Below, piece after piece: positions 41,673 to 43,718 of a DNA stretch of 43,718 nt. A program made the translations under genes and the position numbers. The notes beneath the pieces are model-generated. The model was not told the origin of the DNA, searched no databases, and saw nothing but the letters and a program-made list of their open reading frames with translations. The DNA comes from an uncultured bacterium (GTDB taxonomy: Bacteria > Eisenbacteria > RBG-16-71-46 > JABDJR01 > JAWXBZ01): positions 1-43,718 of the forward strand of contig CAZQVN010000008.1 of the NCBI GenBank assembly GCA_964596775.1, written 5' to 3'. The first letter of the stretch is position 1. Each line of letters opens with the position of its first letter.

Positions 41673-43694
41673 ATGTCCGATCTGCTCCATCGCACAGTTG
41701 AAAAGCGGGCCGACACGGTCCGTTTCACCGGCCGCGTTCTCTATCTGACGACCGACCCGAACCTGATCAAGCAGCAGCTCGCCGGGCAGGACCTGGCGTG
41801 GACTCCCGATATCAAGCTCAGGGACGACATCTCCACCGACGAGATCACCCCCGCGTACATCTGCTACTACTTCGACGACACGCTCGGCGATTTTCCCTAC
41901 CTCGGCCTCAAGGCCGGCAACGAAACGCCCTGCGAGCGCGGACTCGTCCGCGCCGGCGGTTTCGAGATATCCGTGTCCGGCAAGCGGCGCGGCAAGGGAT
42001 CGTCGCGGGAGCAGTCGCCGTACGCGGAACTGTGCGCCGGGATCAAGCTCGTGGTGGCCGAGAACATCGAGCGGATCTACCAGTCGAACTGCCAGAATCT
42101 CGGGATCCTCACGACCACCGACTTTGCGCTGCTGGATCGGATCCGGAAGGGGGAGGAAGTGCCCCTGTCCGCGTTCACCGCGGGGCATGACGACATCACC
42201 CGGCAGATCATCGAGTACGGCGGGCTGTTTCCGTTCAACGTGGCCCGCCTCCAGGGAAATGTGACGGTGCCGCCGATCGACACGAAGCCGCGGCCGATGA
42301 CGCTCGCGGAGAAGATCTTCGCCCGCCACATGGTTGCCGACGCGGCGAAGGGAACGGTGGGCGTGCCGGCCGTGAAGCCCGGCGACGCCGGCTTCGCCCG
42401 CACCGACCTCCGGTTCAGCCATGAATACGTGACGCCGATGGCCGCCGACTTCTTCATGAATCTCGTCGGCCGCGACGCGAAGGTGAACGATCCGGAAACG
42501 ATCGTGTTCTTCCGGGATCACCTGACGTTCCTCGACAAGGCGATGACCCCGGAGCGGATCAAGATGGGGCTGCTCAAGGTGGCGCTCCAGCTCAAGAAGA
42601 AGCAGGAGGAGTTCGCCGCCGAGCAGGGGATCACGCTGCACGGGGAGCTCCTGGACGGCTCCGGCTCCGAGGCGATCTGCCACTCCAAGGTGCTCCAGGA
42701 TTACGCGCTCCCCGGCCAGCTGATCATCGGCTCCGACAGCCACACGCCGCACTCCGGCGCCATCGGCTGCGTGGCCTTCGGCGTGGGCACGACCGACGTG
42801 TTCAACTCGTGGATCACGAAGGACGTGCGGGTGAACGTGCCGGAAACGGTCAAGGTGCGCGTTTACGGCAACCGGCCGGCCAACGTCACCGCCAAGGATT
42901 TCATGCTGGAGATCCTCCGCCACCCGTTCGTGAAGACCGGCCAGGCGATCGCCAAAATCGTGGAGTACTGCGGCACGGCGGTCGAGGAGCTGTCGATCGA
43001 CGAGCGGGCCACGATGACGAACATGGCCGCCGAGGTCGGAGCGTTCACCGGTCTCGTCGCGCCGGACCGGCGGGCGGTGGAATTCCTGATGGCCACGCGG
43101 GGGATGGACCGGAAGGCGGCCGAGGCGCTGCTGGACGGGCTCTTTTCCGATCCGGACGCGGAGTACTGCCAGATCATCGAGATCGACGCCGGCGCCATGC
43201 GGCCGCTGGTGGCGCTCCCCGGCGACCCCGGCAACGGCCGCTACGTGGACGAGCTGGACGGCAAGGTGAAGATCGACATCGCCTACGCCGGGTCGTGCAC
43301 GGCCGGCAAGAAGGACGACATGGACATGTACGCGCTCGTCCTCAAGGAAGGGCTCGAGGCCGGGAAGAAGGTCGCGGACGGCGTGCGCTGCTACATCCAG
43401 TTCGGCAGCCAGGAAGTGAAGAAGTACTGCGAGGAGCAGGGGTACATCGACGTCTTCAGGAAGGTCGGCGCGGAAGTGATCGAGCCGTCCTGCGGCGCCT
43501 GCATCAACGCCGGCCCCGGCGTGTCGAAGACGGAGGGGGAGGTGACCGTGTCCGCGATCAACCGCAACTTCCCCGGGCGGTCCGGTCCGGGGCAGATGTA
43601 CCTGGCGAGCCCGCTGACCGTGGCTGCGTCGGCGCTGGCGGGGTACATCACGGAGTACAGGCCGCGGGTCGGGGCGGCGGCGGGAGCGCGGTAG
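41673..43694 (+). CDS. Aconitase-family Fe-S hydro-lyase with N-terminal swivel (LeuD-like) domain preceding the catalytic (LeuC-like) domains
   Basis: The LeuD-like motifs DDISTDEITP and GKGSSREQS lie N-terminal to the catalytic region, which carries GSDSHTPHSGA and the Cys ligands PSCGACINAGPG. The ATG at 41673 has a GGAGA SD; the upstream part of the 701-aa ORF is an extension. Confidence 0.75.
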   Translation: MSDLLHRTVEKRADTVRFTGRVLYLTTDPNLIKQQLAGQDLAWTPDIKLRDDISTDEITPAYICYYFDDTLGDFPYLGLKAGNETPCERGLVRAGGFEISVSGKRRGKGSSREQSPYAELCAGIKLVVAENIERIYQSNCQNLGILTTTDFALLDRIRKGEEVPLSAFTAGHDDITRQIIEYGGLFPFNVARLQGNVTVPPIDTKPRPMTLAEKIFARHMVADAAKGTVGVPAVKPGDAGFARTDLRFSHEYVTPMAADFFMNLVGRDAKVNDPETIVFFRDHLTFLDKAMTPERIKMGLLKVALQLKKKQEEFAAEQGITLHGELLDGSGSEAICHSKVLQDYALPGQLIIGSDSHTPHSGAIGCVAFGVGTTDVFNSWITKDVRVNVPETVKVRVYGNRPANVTAKDFMLEILRHPFVKTGQAIAKIVEYCGTAVEELSIDERATMTNMAAEVGAFTGLVAPDRRAVEFLMATRGMDRKAAEALLDGLFSDPDAEYCQIIEIDAGAMRPLVALPGDPGNGRYVDELDGKVKIDIAYAGSCTAGKKDDMDMYALVLKEGLEAGKKVADGVRCYIQFGSQEVKKYCEEQGYIDVFRKVGAEVIEPSCGACINAGPGVSKTEGEVTVSAINRNFPGRSGPGQMYLASPLTVAASALAGYITEYRPRVGAAAGAR

Positions 43695-43718
43695 ATCCCC
43701 GCCGATTCCGTCCATCAG

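Noticed and set aside
41646-43715. 689-aa minus-strand ORF antisense to the aconitase-family gene
   Set aside because: Shadow ORF. The plus strand carries aconitase motifs.
1-43718. CRISPR arrays, IS elements or transposases, integrases, rRNA or tRNA genes
   Set aside because: No regularly spaced direct repeats, no terminal inverted repeats flanking a transposase-like ORF, no integrase or recombinase motifs, and no tRNA-like cloverleaf signatures were seen in any intergenic region.

Overview
This is a 43.7-kb, high-GC (roughly 65-70%) bacterial chromosomal segment. Almost all large six-frame ORFs have an equally long antisense or out-of-frame shadow ORF, a common artefact at this GC content. 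I therefore called genes by recognisable protein signatures rather than ORF length and listed the shadow ORFs under rejected.

Ordinary chromosomal genes make up most of the window:
- Translation and amino-acid metabolism: proS (eukaryote/archaeal-type class II), typA/bipA, Rrf2-cysK-larE, a fused aroD/aroE, a trpE-trpF-trpB-trpA block followed by an ACT-domain DAHP synthase, acyl-CoA dehydrogenase, and a permuted aconitase-family dehydratase.
- A sigma54 activator with a GAF sensor.
- An XdhC gene plus a YqeB-C-like gene, which together look like a split YqeB accessory factor.

The accessory, lineage-specific content is richer:
- Two tandem paralogous Cys-rich secreted proteins of unknown family, each with its own promoter, SD and intrinsic terminator.
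- Three paralogous GT-C-fold (PMT/TMEM260-like) membrane proteins with C-terminal TPR arrays.
- A membrane-anchored alkaline-phosphatase-superfamily phosphodiesterase fused to TPRs.
- A PknK-like Ser/Thr kinase-AAA-TPR protein whose start overlaps a CinA-like gene, next to an NYN-LOTUS gene.
- A low-GC coiled-coil lipoprotein cassette.
- A roughly 915-aa protein whose C-terminus is a bona fide GreA domain.

The most unusual locus is a lipoprotein-like gene encoding a degenerate 5'-nucleotidase fold fused to a tetraheme cytochrome c. Its reading frame is interrupted by a single in-frame TGA, so it is either a candidate selenoprotein or a one-hit pseudogene.

I also found several near-consensus sigma70 promoters, strong intrinsic terminators and palindromic candidate operators. 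I found no rRNA, tRNA, CRISPR or transposase. All coordinates and calls are from manual reading of the sequence and the supplied ORF track. No database search was run.
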